Source of the DNA: the human T2T-CHM13v2.0 reference genome, Homo sapiens
Direction: 5' to 3' (one strand)
Length of the DNA: 64,000 nucleotides
NCBI RefSeq assembly: GCF_009914755.1
Contig: NC_060938.1
This document shows, piece by piece, positions 12,217-25,700 of the stretch. Numbering within the stretch: position 1 is the stretch's first letter; each line of letters opens with the position of its first letter. The notes under the pieces are model-generated. The model was not told where the DNA came from, did no database searches, and saw nothing but the letters and a program-made list of their open reading frames with translations. Both the position numbers and the translations under genes were made by a program.

Positions 12217-14724
12217 AATATAATCTAGAAAACAGACTTTTAATTAAGCTCCTCCTTTAGAACTCTGCCCAGGGTCCCTGACTGTTAGTGTTTGAGACCT
12301 GGTGGGGCGTTCTGGGCTACACAGATGCACTATCCTAGAGGGTTAAGTTGTCATTTTAAAAACCTGGGACATAGAGAACTTGTTATAAACAAAGCAAAAG
12401 AGCTAAAATTAGACAAATCCACAAGTACTTTGAACCCACATGTACACTAAATATTTCTGTCTATGTATTATGTATACATTGTGTACTTGGATGTGTAGCA
12501 TAAGGGAAGAGTCGAAGGGTGGTGTCTGCCTTACTCCTTATGTGTTGAGGTTTGGCTACCACAATTTGCCCTGTTTTGCCAGAGATGCCAGTTGAAGGCC
12601 TGTGACTGACAGCCCAGTGATAGAGTCACCCTCACTGCACAAAATACTCAGCTTCTGTGGGACTCAGTGGCACTGGCCCTGCTCATGGGCATTCCATGGT
12701 GAGTGGGCCAGCACCTGCAGCCTCTTTCAACCAGACTGGTTGGTTGGAGCTTGGACCATGGTTATTCCAAGGTGGATTTTTATCCTTCTGCCCTTTGTAC
12801 TAAATGGGTCATGTGTGCCTCTGTACGTGTGTGTGTGCGTGTATGTGTGTGACTACACGTGTCTGTGTCTGCTCTTCTCCTTTCAGAAGCCCAGAGCCAC
12901 TCTGGGCCTGGCCACTCTGAGCATTGGTTGTGTGGGGGATGCTGGGAGCTTGGCACATGCTACTCCTCCTTTTTCCTCCCTTAGAATGATGAAAGTGTTG
13001 TTGGAGCCTGTCCCACAGACAGAAACTGTACCTCATTTATGTGGGCATCAGTATAAACAAGAACAATACCACTATGTGAGTCACCCTCACCTGCGGGGAG
13101 ACGCATAGGCTCAGGGAGGGAATTTGCAGCCAGAGGGTCTCAGCTTCAGTCTGTCTCCCCGGCAGACTCATCCTAACTTCATTCCACAGCTCAAGTGCAG
13201 TGTGAATCAGCAGGCAGCCTGTGCCTAGCTAAAGGACTCTCTCTGTGTTTTGTTTGTTTGGTTGCTTGTGAAGATCTCTGGGCACATACAGCAGTGTTTT
13301 ATTTTCCCAAAAGATCGCATGACCACTACAGTTAGCCTTGGGAACAGATTGAGTAAGCACAATTCATTTGATCTATCTGCAGATCTCCAGCCCTTCTAAG
13401 AAGCTCACTTCCAAAAATGTTTCAGGAGTCCTGTAGAAGTTTGCTTAGAGTTCCTTAAAGAGGCTAAGCGTCAGTTGCAATATCTCTCTATCAACCCCAT
13501 TTCCCCCAGTGCCACTGCCATGGGCTGGAGGAGTGGGTAACTTGCTTAGGAACTTGGGTAAGGGACCTGAAGCTCCCCACCCACTCTGGCCCTAGATAGG
13601 CTAAAGATTTGAAATTAGTTTGATTTATGTAAATCTCTGGTGTGAATTATTGCTATCAGATAAATACACAGACCATTGAACTGAAAACAGAGCCTCAACA
13701 CAGGTTGCCATTGCTAATGTTAGTTTATAGTAGCCATTATCTAGTAGTGCCTTTATCAGTGACCCCAGGTGTATAATTGGTTTGTTGTGAAAGAGGAGTG
13801 GAGTTCCCAGGATGCTTTTTGTCCCCCATGGTTCCCTTATAAGTGACTGTATTTCCTGAGCTCTCTGCACTTTTGTCACCTTTTGTCATCAATATATACA
13901 ATCAGTTTCAGGCAATATTGATAGGGATGTGAAAACTAAACACTATAAGATTGAATGGACTTAATAGCTAGGAGTTGCAGAAAATATTCCTACATGTATA
14001 CATAACTTTTATAATGTACAAATTGTTCTTATGTGCATACTCTTGCATAATCATCACAAGTCAGCCTTGTGACTTAGGCTCTCTCTTGGCCTTATCTTGA
14101 GAGAATTTATGAAATCTGATAATATTGCAGCCCCGTAGGAAAACTTTTCAGTGCCTTGCTATGATCTCTGAAGGCCTATACTCCTCCTTCCCTTCCTAGG
14201 CTGGTATTGACCTGCTTTTTAAATCTCATCTCCTACCAGACCTTCATATTCATTGTAGTTCTAGCAGTAGTGTACTACTTGTAGGTACCTGAATGTGGCA
14301 AGCTCTTTTCTACTTCTTACTAATTTATGGAAACACCAATCTACCCATTCATTCTTTCACTGCTACTTGTATGCTAGGCATTGGTGATATCCCCTAACCC
14401 CCTGGTCCTTGGTCTAAGCAGGCATAGGTGGTGCTGTGTGGTAAGAGCTTTGGTCTTGGTGCTAGGGGAGCTGTAAGGAGGGCACCAAGCCTTGACTTGA
14501 AGGGATTAGGGAGGCTTCTCCAGTAAGGCATCTCCAAAGTAAGTCATTTTAGTGTGAGGTGGATGGGAGAGTTAGGAGAGGAGAGGAAGAAAGAGATTAG
14601 GGCAGGTGTGGACCCCAGGCTAGACAGGGATGGATGAGTGATAAGGTCTTGATAGTGGGTAGTGCCAGATGCAGGTGTATAGTTTTGAGGACTTTGCCCT
14701 AAGGCCTGAAGGCAGCCATTCAAT

Positions 14725-15033
14725 GTTTTTGTTTTTTGTTTTTTTGAGACAGGGTCTTACTCTGTCACCCAGGCTGGAGTACAGTGGCGCAACAATGGAT
14801 CACTGCAACCTCGAACTCCTGGGCTCAAGTGATCTTCCCACCTCAGCCTCATGAGTAGCTGGGGCTATAGGCATGTACTACCATGCCCAGCTAAATGTTT
14901 TGTTTCTCTGTAGAGACAGGGTCTCTCTATGTTGCCCAGGCTGGCCTCAAACTCCTGGCCTCAAGCGATCCTCCCCTCCTGCCATGGCCTTACAAAGTGC
15001 TGGGATTATAGGCGTGAGCCACAGTGCCTGGCC
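14725..15033 (-). mobile_element. AluJ
   Basis: Full dimer on the minus strand. Confidence 0.93.
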
Positions 15034-15087
15034 AATTAAATGCTTTTTAAGTAGGAGCATAGCAGGGTGCAGATTGCTGCAAAGCAC

Positions 15088-15171
15088 CTTTCTAGAATAT
15101 ATCCTGTTCCCCTCATTCTCCCTCTAGTACTTTCTAGTATATACCCCGTTCCCCTCATCCTCCCTCTAGTA
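15088..15171. repeat. Tandem duplication, 2 x 42 nt (4 mismatches)
   Basis: ctttctagaatatatcctgttcccctcattctccctctagta / ctttctagtatataccccgttcccctcatcctccctctagta. Confidence 0.93.
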
Positions 15172-16497
15172 CTCTGCTGCTTAGGCTTTAGGTTCAATTC
15201 AGGCATCACTGTCTCTGTATGTGCTCCAGATTCCCCGGGCACCATCGGGGGTCCCTCTGCCCCACAGCACCCTGGACATGCATACTGGAGATAAAGCAGC
15301 AATTGCTTTTGTATTTTAACCGTCTAGTTGTGTGTCCTTCCTCCTAGACCACTGGTTTTCAGGATTTAAAAGTGTAGATTCTTGTTGCCCACCCCAGATA
15401 TTCTTACTTACTGTGGGATAGAGTCTAGGCATCCCCATTTTTTTTAAAAGAAGCAGAAACATTGCAGTAGGCTAATCTTATTGAGGGCCTGGTTTATACA
15501 TTATGTGTGTGCACACACGTATGCACACACCCCCACATACTTGATCTCATTCATGCTTATATCTGTATTTCTTTTATTTTTATTTTCTTTGATCCTGTCA
15601 TTCAAATATCCATATTTCTTAAGAATGTCCGGTATAAATTTGCTATGCTACAAATGTTTGATTGAATGAATGAATGAAGTTGCCCAAATTTACGTGTGAA
15701 GATGTGTTGGAGCCTAAGTTAAAATTCATAGGCGATTCCGAGGCAAGGCCCTTTCACAGCATCACTCTTACACCACAGTTGCTACACTGAGATGGCCTTT
15801 GAAAAGCAGGCAGTCCCACTGAACCACAGTATCCTAGAGACTAAGAAACGGGGACAAGAGATCTTTAACTTGCATTTTATAATTTTCAGTGGCACATCAA
15901 TAATCTGCAGGGATACACTAATAAGATGGGTATTGGACACTCATTACGACAGACCCTGGAGGATCCAAAACTGTAAAATCTAGCTCTGATCTCCTACAAA
16001 TTTTTGGTCTACTTGAGGGTAAAAGGCAGAAATACACAGACAGTTGAATGATTGTGCCAGATCGTGACAGTTACCTGGAGTACCGTGCACAGAAGGGCAA
16101 TAGAATGATGCAGTGACTGAGTAAGAAAGAGCATGCCATTAGCTGGAGTGGTCTGCAGATACCTTTGGATGAGGAAGCACTTTTATGAGGTTTGGCTTTA
16201 GAAAAGTGAGAAGCCATTCCAAGTGGGAGGAGTGACATGAGTGGAATCCTGGCAGGAGATGGGCTATGAATGGTGAGGGCATCAGTTTGACAGGAACATA
16301 GGTTTGTTTGTGTAGGGGAGTGATGGTTGACACCTAAAGGGAGTGCTGGTTCAGGATTGGGAGGGCCTTAAATGATAGGTGGGGCTATAATACAGTTGGG
16401 GATGTGTGGCACATTCAGCAATGTAAAAGTCTGTTGTCCTCGACCCCAGATCCATTCACCTTATTAATGAAGGTCATGAATTTTTAAATATAATAAC

Positions 16498-18766
16498 TGA
16501 TATGGATAGGTTTTGTGTCCCCACCCAAATCTCATCTTGAATCATAATCCCCAGGTGTTGAGGGAGAGACCTGGTGGGAGGTGATTGGATCATGGGAGCA
16601 GTTTGCTCTTTGCTGTTCTTGTGATAGTGAGGGAATTCTCACGAGAACTGATGGTTTTATAAGGGGCTCTTCCCCCTTCACTTCTCCCACATACTCTCTT
16701 TCTCACCTGCTGTCATGTAAGACATATCTGCTTCCCCTTATGCCATGATTGTAAGTTTCCTGAGGCCTCCCTAGCCATGTGGAACTATGAGTCAATTAAA
16801 CCTCTTTTCTTTATAAATTACCCAGTTTCAGTATGTCTTTATAGCAGTGTGAGAATGGACTAATATAGTAAATTGGTACTGATAGAGTGGGGTACTGCTA
16901 TAAAGATACCCAAAAATATGGAAGCAACTTTGGAGCTGGATAACAGGCAGAGGTTGGAACAGTTTGGAGGGCTCAGAAGAATATAGGAAGATGTGGAAAA
17001 GTTTGGAACTTCCTAGAGACTTATTGAATGGCTTTGACCAAAATGCTGATAGCGACATGGACAATGGAGTCCAGGGAGAAGTAGCTTCAGATGGAGATGA
17101 GGAACTTCTTGGGAATTGGAGTAAAGGTGACTCTTGCTATGCTTTAGCAAAGAGACTGACAGCATTTTGCCCACACCCTAGAGATCTGTGGAACTTTGAA
17201 CTTGAGAGAGATGATCTGAAATTGGAACTTATTTAAAAGGGAAGCAGAGTATAGAAGTTTGGAAAATTTGCAGTCTGACAATGCAGTAGAAAAGAAAAAC
17301 CCATTTTCTGGGGAGAAATTAAAGCTGGCTGCAGAAATTTGCGTAAGTAACAAGGAGCCAAATGTTAATCACCAAGACAATGGGGAAAATGTTCCTAGGG
17401 CATGTGAAGGACTTTTGCAGCAGCCCCTCCCATTACAGGCCCCGAGGCCTAGAAGGGAAAAGTGGTTTCATGGACTGGGCCCAGGACCCTGCTGCTCTGT
17501 GCAGCCTAGGACTTAGTACCCTGCTTCCCAGCCACTCCAGTCATGGCTAAAATGGGCAAATTTTTAAAAAGTCAGCTCAGGCTGTTTGCTTCAGAGGGTG
17601 CAAGCCCCAATCCTTGGTGGCTTCCATGTGGTGTTGGGCCTGCAGGTATACAAAAGTCAAGAATTGAGGTTTGGGAGCCTCAGCTGAGATTTCAGAGGAT
17701 GTATGGAAATACCTGGATGTCCAGTCAGAAGTCTGCTGCAGGGGCAAAGCCCTCATAGAGAACCTCTGCTAGGGCAGTGCAAAGGGAAAGTGAGGGGTTG
17801 GAGCCCCCACACAGAGACCCCACCGTGGCACTGCTTAGTTCAGCTGTGAGAAGAGGGCCACCATCCTCCAGACCCCAGCAGATGGTAAATCCATCTGCTT
17901 GCACTGGGCACCTGAAAAAGCCACAAGCACTCAACACCAGCCTATGAAAGCAGCCAGGAGGGGGATATACCCTGCAGAGCCACAGTGGTAGAGCTGCCCA
18001 AGGCTATGGGAGCCCACCCCTTGTATCCACATGACCTAGATGTGAGACATGGAGTCAAAGGAGATCATTTTGGAGCTTTAAGATTTAATAACTGCCCCAC
18101 TGGATTTTTGACTTGCGTCAACCTGTAGCCCCTTTGTTTTGGCCAATTTATCCCATTTGGAATGGGTGTTCTTATCCAGTGCCTGTACCACCATTGTATC
18201 TTGGAAGGAACTAACTTGATTTTGATTTTACAGGCTTATAGGCAGAAGGGACTTGCCTTGTCTCAGATGAGACTTTGGACTGTGGACTTTTGAGTTAATG
18301 CTGAAATGAGTTAAGACTTTGGTGAACTGTTGGGAAGCCATGATTGGTTTTGAAATGTGAAAAGATGTGAGATTTGGGAAGGGCCAGGGCTGGAATGATG
18401 TGGTTAGGCTTTGTGTCCCCACCTAAACCTCATCTTGAATTCTAATCCCCAAGTATTGACTAGAGACCTGGTGGGAGGTGATTAGATCATGGGGGGTGGT
18501 TTCGTCCATGCTGTTCTTGTGATATTGAGTGAGTTCTCATGAGATCTGTTGGTTTTATAAGGGGCTCTTCTCCCTTCACTTCTCCCACACACTCTCTGTC
18601 TCACCTGCTGCCATGTAAGACATGCCTGCTTCCCCTTCTGCCATGATTGTAAGTTTCTTGAGGCCTTTCCAGCCATGTGTAACTGTGAGTCAGTTAAACT
18701 TCTTTTCTTTATAAATTACCCAGTCTCAGGTATGTCTTTATAGCAGTGTGAGAACAGACTAATACA
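16498..18766 (+). mobile_element. Complete THE1 (ERVL-MaLR) provirus: 5' LTR 16498-16867, internal 16868-18395, 3' LTR 18396-18766
   Basis: Two ~370-nt direct LTRs (tgat.tgg...ctaata.a); purine tract before the 3' LTR; perfect 5-bp TSD ATAAC (16493-16497, 18767-18771); broken MaLR internal ORF (EGSEEYRKMWKSLELPRDLLNGFDQNADSDMDN). Confidence 0.95.
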
Positions 18767-20221
18767 ATAACCATGTTCTCTTCTTTCTGGAGATCTCCAG
18801 CCACATTTGACTTCCAGGTCTGTGGGAAGCAGTCCAAGGTGCAACCTGGAACACTTTCATTTGGCTTCTTCATGTAGAGGAACATTTACATGCCGCTGCT
18901 TGTTCCTTCTACCCATGGCCTACACACACTGCCAAGCTGTCACCTTCCCTGTTGTGCAATGTGTTTGCCATCACCTTCAATGAAAACAATTTTTTTAATG
19001 TCAGAATTATTTTCTTAGTTATTAATCCCAAACACAGACACCAGAAACATGATCCAGAATAAAGTTTTCAGTTCACACTGAGCTTGTCATTGCTGAAGTA
19101 AGACTCTTAGCTCTTTCACAAGTATGGACAAAATTCAGTAGGAATGTTTTCATCACAAGTCTTACTTCTTAATAATGCTTTGATCTAGGGTAATTTCTCT
19201 TTAGTCTTGGATGGTAATTTTGCCTGAGGAAAGTCCAAGAGGTCTTATGTGAAGATTTCTGTTTTGTTTAGAGTTTGCCACAAATACTGGAAGGAGAAAG
19301 TTTTCTGTAATTTATACAGCTTTACATTAGAAGGCTATAGCTTATTTTAAAATGGTTTCTGTTCAAAAAATTTTCACCTACAATTATAGTATAAAGTGCC
19401 TTGTCCTTGTATTCACAGAGGAATTTTCTCATACAACTACAAGAAAATGTGGAAAGTTTCGTCTGAGAAAATTCAACTTTTTCATCTCTCATAATTTACT
19501 GCTTCAGGAATGCAATTTACCAAAGTGGATTAGAAACTGTTTGTAATGGGGAAATACGTGCACTCTTTGAAGGCAGTTGTCGACAAAGAGTCAAACTCTA
19601 AAATATTTGAAGAGGTTTATTCTGAGCCAAATATGAGTGACCACAGCCCAAGGCACAGTCTCAAGAGATCCTGAGAACATGTGCCCAGGGTGGTTGGGTT
19701 ACAGCTTGATTTTATACATTTCAGAGGGACATAAGACATCAATCAGTACATGTGAGGTATACATTGGTTTGGTCTGGAAAGGCAGGACAACTTGAAGCAA
19801 GGGGTGGGGAGTTGTATGGGGGAGGGTGCTTATAGGTTACAGGTGGATTCAAAGATCTGCTTATTGGCAATTGGTTGAAAGGATAAATTAGATATTATCT
19901 AAGGACTTAGAATCAATAGAAAGGAGTGTCTGGGTTAAGCTAAGGGGTTGTGGAGGCTGAGATTCTTATTATGTAGATGAAGTCTCATAGGTGTCAGCCC
20001 TTAGAGACAATAGATGGCAAATGTTTCCTATATAGACCTAGGAAAAGTGCTAGACTCAACAGTTAATCTCTTTAGGATTGGGAGGACCTGGAAGAGGAAA
20101 GATCTAGTTATGTTAAAGAGATTCTTTACGGATGCAAATTTTCCTCCACAAAAAGATGCTTTGCAGGGTCATTTCAAAATATGGCAGAGAAACATATTTT
20201 GGGATAAAATATTTTGATTTT

Positions 20222-20531
20222 CTTCTTTGGTTGTTTTGTTTGTTTGTTTTTGAGACAGGTTCTCACTCTGTCTCCCAGGCTGGAGTGCAGTGGCGTGACA
20301 ATGGCTCATTGCAGCTTCAACCTTCTGGGCTTAAGTAATCCTTCTGCCTCAGCTGCCCAAGTAGCTGGGACTACAGGCATGCACCACCATGCCCAGCTAA
20401 TTTTTGTATTTTTGTAGAGACAGGGTTTCATCATGTTACCCAGGCCGGTCTCAAACTCCTGGGCTCAAGTGATCCACCTGCCTCAGCCTCCTGGAGTGCT
20501 GCAATTACAGGCATGAGCCACTTCACCCAGC
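20222..20531 (-). mobile_element. AluJ in MER4
   Basis: Full dimer with (tttg)n tail. Confidence 0.92.
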
Positions 20532-20559
20532 TGTTACCTTTATCTATCATGTGATGCTA

Positions 20560-20680
20560 GCTGAGTGTGGTGGCTCACACCTATAATCCTAGCACTTTGG
20601 GAGACTGAGGCAAGTGGATCGTTTAAGACCAGGAATTTGAGACCAACCTGGGCAACATGGTGAAACCTCATCTCCACAAA
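20560..20680 (+). mobile_element. Alu left monomer (FLAM-like)
   Basis: gtggtggctcacacctataatcc...aaacctcatctc; TSD-like tcatgtgatgcta / tcacatgatgcta. Confidence 0.85.
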
Positions 20681-20685
20681 TATAT

Positions 20686-20766
<81 letters not shown>

Positions 20767-20790
20767 CACACATATATATATATATATGTA
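20681..20790. repeat. Compound microsatellite (TA)n(GATA)11(CA)13(TA)n(CA)n(TA)n
   Basis: Read directly; occupies the tail of the Alu monomer. Confidence 0.95.
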
Positions 20791-20825
20791 TCTCACATGA
20801 TGCTATACCAGAGTCAGGTTGAGTT

Positions 20826-20935
20826 GGTATTTTTGTAGAGACAGGGTTTCACCATGTTACCCAGACTGGTCTCAAACTCCTGGGATCAAGCAGTCTACCT
20901 GCCTCACCCTCCGAAAGTGCTGGGATTATAGGTGC
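20826..20935 (-). mobile_element. Alu left-arm fragment
   Basis: gtagagacagggtttcaccatgtt...aaagtgctgggattatagg. Confidence 0.85.
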
Positions 20936-22769
20936 TCTGCACTCTAGCCTTTGTAACAATAAGGGTCTATTCTGTCGGTTTTAGGTCTCTATTTTAGTGT
21001 TAATGCTGGTCAGTTGAGTCTAAACTCCAAAAGGGAGAGGATATAATGAGGCATGTCTGACTCCCTCTTTGCGTCATGGCTTTCACTAGTTTTTCAGGGG
21101 TTTTTTTTAATCCCCTTGGTTGAGAAGGGGTCCATTCAGTCAGTAGGGGGAGCTTAAAATTTTATTTTTGGTTTACAAAGTGAAGAGCTTTCCTCTTTTA
21201 AGTCCTCACCATATAACCAGTCTCTACCAGATGCTGAGAATAGCTTAAACTTTCTTACTGTCTTATTTGAGCCTGGGGTGGTTTGTTGTAGGACCTTATC
21301 AACATAGATTTTTTGATAATTGATCTACTTTACTTCGATGTCTGAGTAAAGCTTTAACCTGGCCCTTAAACACCAAAAATGCTTTAGTGGGAGCTCTTGT
21401 TTTGGGAAAATGAAAAATTTCTGTGTCTATCAATCACGGAAAGTATTCCCCACTGGTTTGATTCTGAAATTCAATCATTGCCTATGAAAGTTAAAAACAT
21501 TTTTTTTTCCCTGTAGCTAGCTTTTACTCTGTCTCTTTAAAATACCTTTTTTTGGAGGAGAGGTGGAGCAAGATATGTGTAACTATAGTTTTTTCTTTTT
21601 TTGCTTAGATGGTTTAAAGAATTCTGCATGTCATAGTTGACATTCCATCATTATCCTGTGTTCCACAGTCAAGGCCAAAGGTTAAAAATAAGTTCTTAAA
21701 GGAAACAAAATTAAAGCAAGAGGGAATTACCTCTGAATTGTTTTAGGGACTCCTAGCATTTTGCATGAGTTTCTGTTGGTCTGGAGAATAGAAGGAAGCA
21801 TGAAAGGTTTCATTCCTTGCAAATCAAGTGAAACTGGCTCCTACCCTCTTCTTCAATACAAACATGAAACAGAAAAAGTAGACTGGAAGACCAGAAAGGG
21901 CACAGATTTTTATACCATTTTCATCAGGATTACTATGTTCATGTTATGGAACCAATTTGTAAGTTTTGGGTAACAGCTTAAATAGAAACCTATAGAACTG
22001 AGGCAACCTTCTGTTTCTCAAAGACAGATGGTGAAGCAACATTTATAAATGCTTTACAGTTAGAGAGCATATGCTCTCGTCCACTGTTTTTTGTCTTTGT
22101 GATCAAAGAAGGATTTGAGGAATTTCTTTTAAAAATCAGTCTGTACAATAACTGAGTACATTACTTTCAGATAATGGAGAATAGTCACACCCATTGTTTT
22201 CAGGGCCTCAGGGAATCCTAGAATGTGTGTCTTGTGGACTGTGTCATAGTTGGCTAGTTACAGTGGCAGTTACTAAAATCAAATCTGTTTCAATTAATAA
22301 AGAACTTGACAATGAAACTAACAAGACCCATTCTAAAGACGCCAGGAAAATAAAATAAAAACCCATATGTACTAGGAATTGTAAATAGAGAGGAAGCAGA
22401 AACAATGTAATTTGAATTATCTTATTAAAATTTAAAAATATTAAAATTTAACTAGTTTCTCTTATTCAGCTAGAGACGGTATAAAAACTTGGCAGAAGTG
22501 TGATTTTTGTCTATCTGCTGGCCAGAATAATACTATATAGATGGGATTTTGTAGGTTTTAGTCTCTCTACCCCGCTGTCTTCCAATATGTATGCAGAAAA
22601 AGTAAACATGATCCCTAACCTTTCTGAAACCTTCTTTACCTTCAGTCTACACATACATAGTCTTGGGCAAAGAGTTATCAGGTAAATTCCATGGAATCAA
22701 GAGTAGAGGCATATGTTGCTTTTCTTAATAGGAAAAACAGTGACTGTGTCCCCCTAAATAAAGTCATGA

Positions 22770-23150
22770 TTCAATGAAAAGACAAACAGCCCAATTTTAA
22801 AAAAATGAGCAAAAGATTTGAACAGACATTTTCTCAAAAGAAATATGAATGGGCAATACACACATAGAAACATGCTCAGCAATTTTAGGCTTTAGGGATA
22901 TGCAAATTAAGACCACAATGAGATACCACTAGAAAGGCTAAAATGAAAAAGACCAACAACACTAAATGTTGGTGAGACTGTGGAGCACTAGAACTTTTCA
23001 TATTTTTAGTGGGAGTTCAAAATGGTACAACCGCTTTGAAAAATGGTCTGGCAGTTTCTTACAGAACTAAACAGACCACTACCTTGTTACCCAGCAGTTC
23101 TTAGGTATTTACCCAAGACAAATGAAGCATATCTCTGTCAATAGAAAAGC
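22770..23150 (+). mobile_element. Old L1 ORF2 3' fragment
   Basis: gcaaaagatttgaacagacatt...tgcaaattaagaccacaatgagataccac. Confidence 0.8.
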
Positions 23151-23219
23151 AGATGCCAGCCATGGTATGATTTTGAACAGCCAGTGGAATAAAAGAATAG
23201 GGACTATATCTGACCTTGC

Positions 23220-24231
<1,012 letters not shown>

Positions 24232-25159
24232 TTGCCATTTGGATTTTTTTTTTCTTTTTAGAGTGTTCTAGAATGCATGCTTAGAGAAGGGAATGTAATC
24301 CTAGGACACCACTCAGCTCTGCAACAGTATAGCTCTGCAGTAATGAGTAAATGCTGTTTGTTGGTTTACTTTAAAGCTCTGCTACTGAATATATACAAAT
24401 ATACTGTTATATTTTCCTGGTAAAACCTTTTATTATACAATCACTTCTTTTTATTTCTAGCAATTCTTTCTTTTACAGTGTATTTTATCTGACGTTAATG
24501 TGGCTGCATTGCATGTCTTGTGGCTAGTATTTGCCCTGCTTTGCATCTTCTTTAATTCATTTACTTTCTACTTTTTCTACCTATGTCTTAGGTTTGTGCT
24601 TTATAAACAACAGGTGGTTAGATTTCCTATTTCTAGAAGTTTATTGAGATTCTCCCTCTACCACTGTCTCTACCAATTCCATTTTTTCCCACCTCTATTG
24701 GTTTGGAAGATAGAATCTCTCTCTCTTTTTTTTTTTTTAAGTGATTATACTTGGAATTTTAACATGTCTGTGTAACGAAGTCTAAAGTTAGCTACCACTT
24801 TACCCTCCTACTGAGCAATCTAAGGATGTTAGAATGTTTTTAACTCCAGTCACTTTCCTCCTGGCTTATGTGCATTTCCTTGATATTTTTGATATCTTTT
24901 TATTTTTCTTTTGAAGCTCCATTAACTAGATGTTATTAGTTATTCCATCCTTCTTTGTTTCTATTTACTTACATGTTTATAATTTTTTAACATACCACTT
25001 TCTTGTATAGCTCAAACCTTCCCTCGAACATTTCCCTCCTTCTTCAAGTAGATTCTCTTCAAGTACATTCTTTATTTAGCGAAGGTATTTGGTAGTGAAC
25101 AATCTCAGTTTTCTGAAATATCTTTATTTTGCCCTCATTCTGGAAAGCTAGTTTCTTAC

Positions 25160-25290
25160 TTTATTTTTTTAATAGACAGAGGGTCTTGCTTTGTTGCCCA
25201 GGCTGGTCTTAAACTTCTGGCTTCAAGCAGTCCTCCTGCCTTGGCCTCTCAAAGTGCTGGGATTACAGGCACGAGCCACTGCGCCCAGCA
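25160..25290 (-). mobile_element. Alu monomer (FLAM-like)
   Basis: Left-arm consensus; gctagttt on both flanks. Confidence 0.85.
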
Positions 25291-25425
25291 GTAACGCTAG
25301 TTTCACTGGGATCATGGACTCTTAAGAGCTAGAAGGAACTTCACTGATTATTTGACTCAGCCTTTTCCATTTCCAGAAAAGCCTGCCACCAGGCACAGAA
25401 AGAATACATGACTTCCAGAGTCCCT

Positions 25426-25530
25426 CGCTATATTGTCCAGACTGGTTTTGTACTCCTGGCCTCAAGTGATCCTCCCACTTCAGCCTCCCAAAGTCCTGAG
25501 ATAATAGGCGTGAGCCACCGTGATCCCCTT
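25426..25530 (-). mobile_element. Alu fragment
   Basis: ctcctggcctcaagtgatcctcccacttcagcctcccaaag. Confidence 0.8.
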
Positions 25531-25544
25531 TACCTTTTTCTTTT

Positions 25545-25700
25545 TTTTTTTCCTTTATTTCTTCTTAATAAAAAAAAAGTGGGGGGGGATACATGTGCAG
25601 AGCGTACAGGTTTGTTACATAAGTATACGTGTACCATGGTGGTTTGCTGCACCTATTGACCTGTCCTCTAAGTTCCCTCCCCTCACCCCCCAACCTCTTC
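25545..25700 (-). mobile_element. L1PA 3' end, heavily 5'-truncated
   Basis: gatacatgtgcag...caggtttgttacat...ccatggtggtttgctgcacc. Confidence 0.85.

Larger units (their letters stand above)
19578..21177 (-). mobile_element. MER4-family ERV1 solo LTR, interrupted by three Alu-family insertions
   Basis: Minus strand begins tgtaaaccaaaaataaaatt; internal ctgagaacatgtgccc; 4-bp TSD cagt/aagt. Confidence 0.8.

Noticed and set aside
12602-13108. 168-aa ORF and a possible 189-nt cassette exon (tttcag at 12886 to gtgagt at 13076)
   Set aside because: GTG start, low-complexity content and no recognisable domain. In the PRKCH frame the cassette hits TAG after about 32 codons and the donor (TAT|gtgagt) is mediocre; no independent support.
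16964-17758. Three consecutive + strand ORFs resembling a gene
   Set aside because: Fragments of the decayed THE1 internal ORF, broken by stops and frameshifts.
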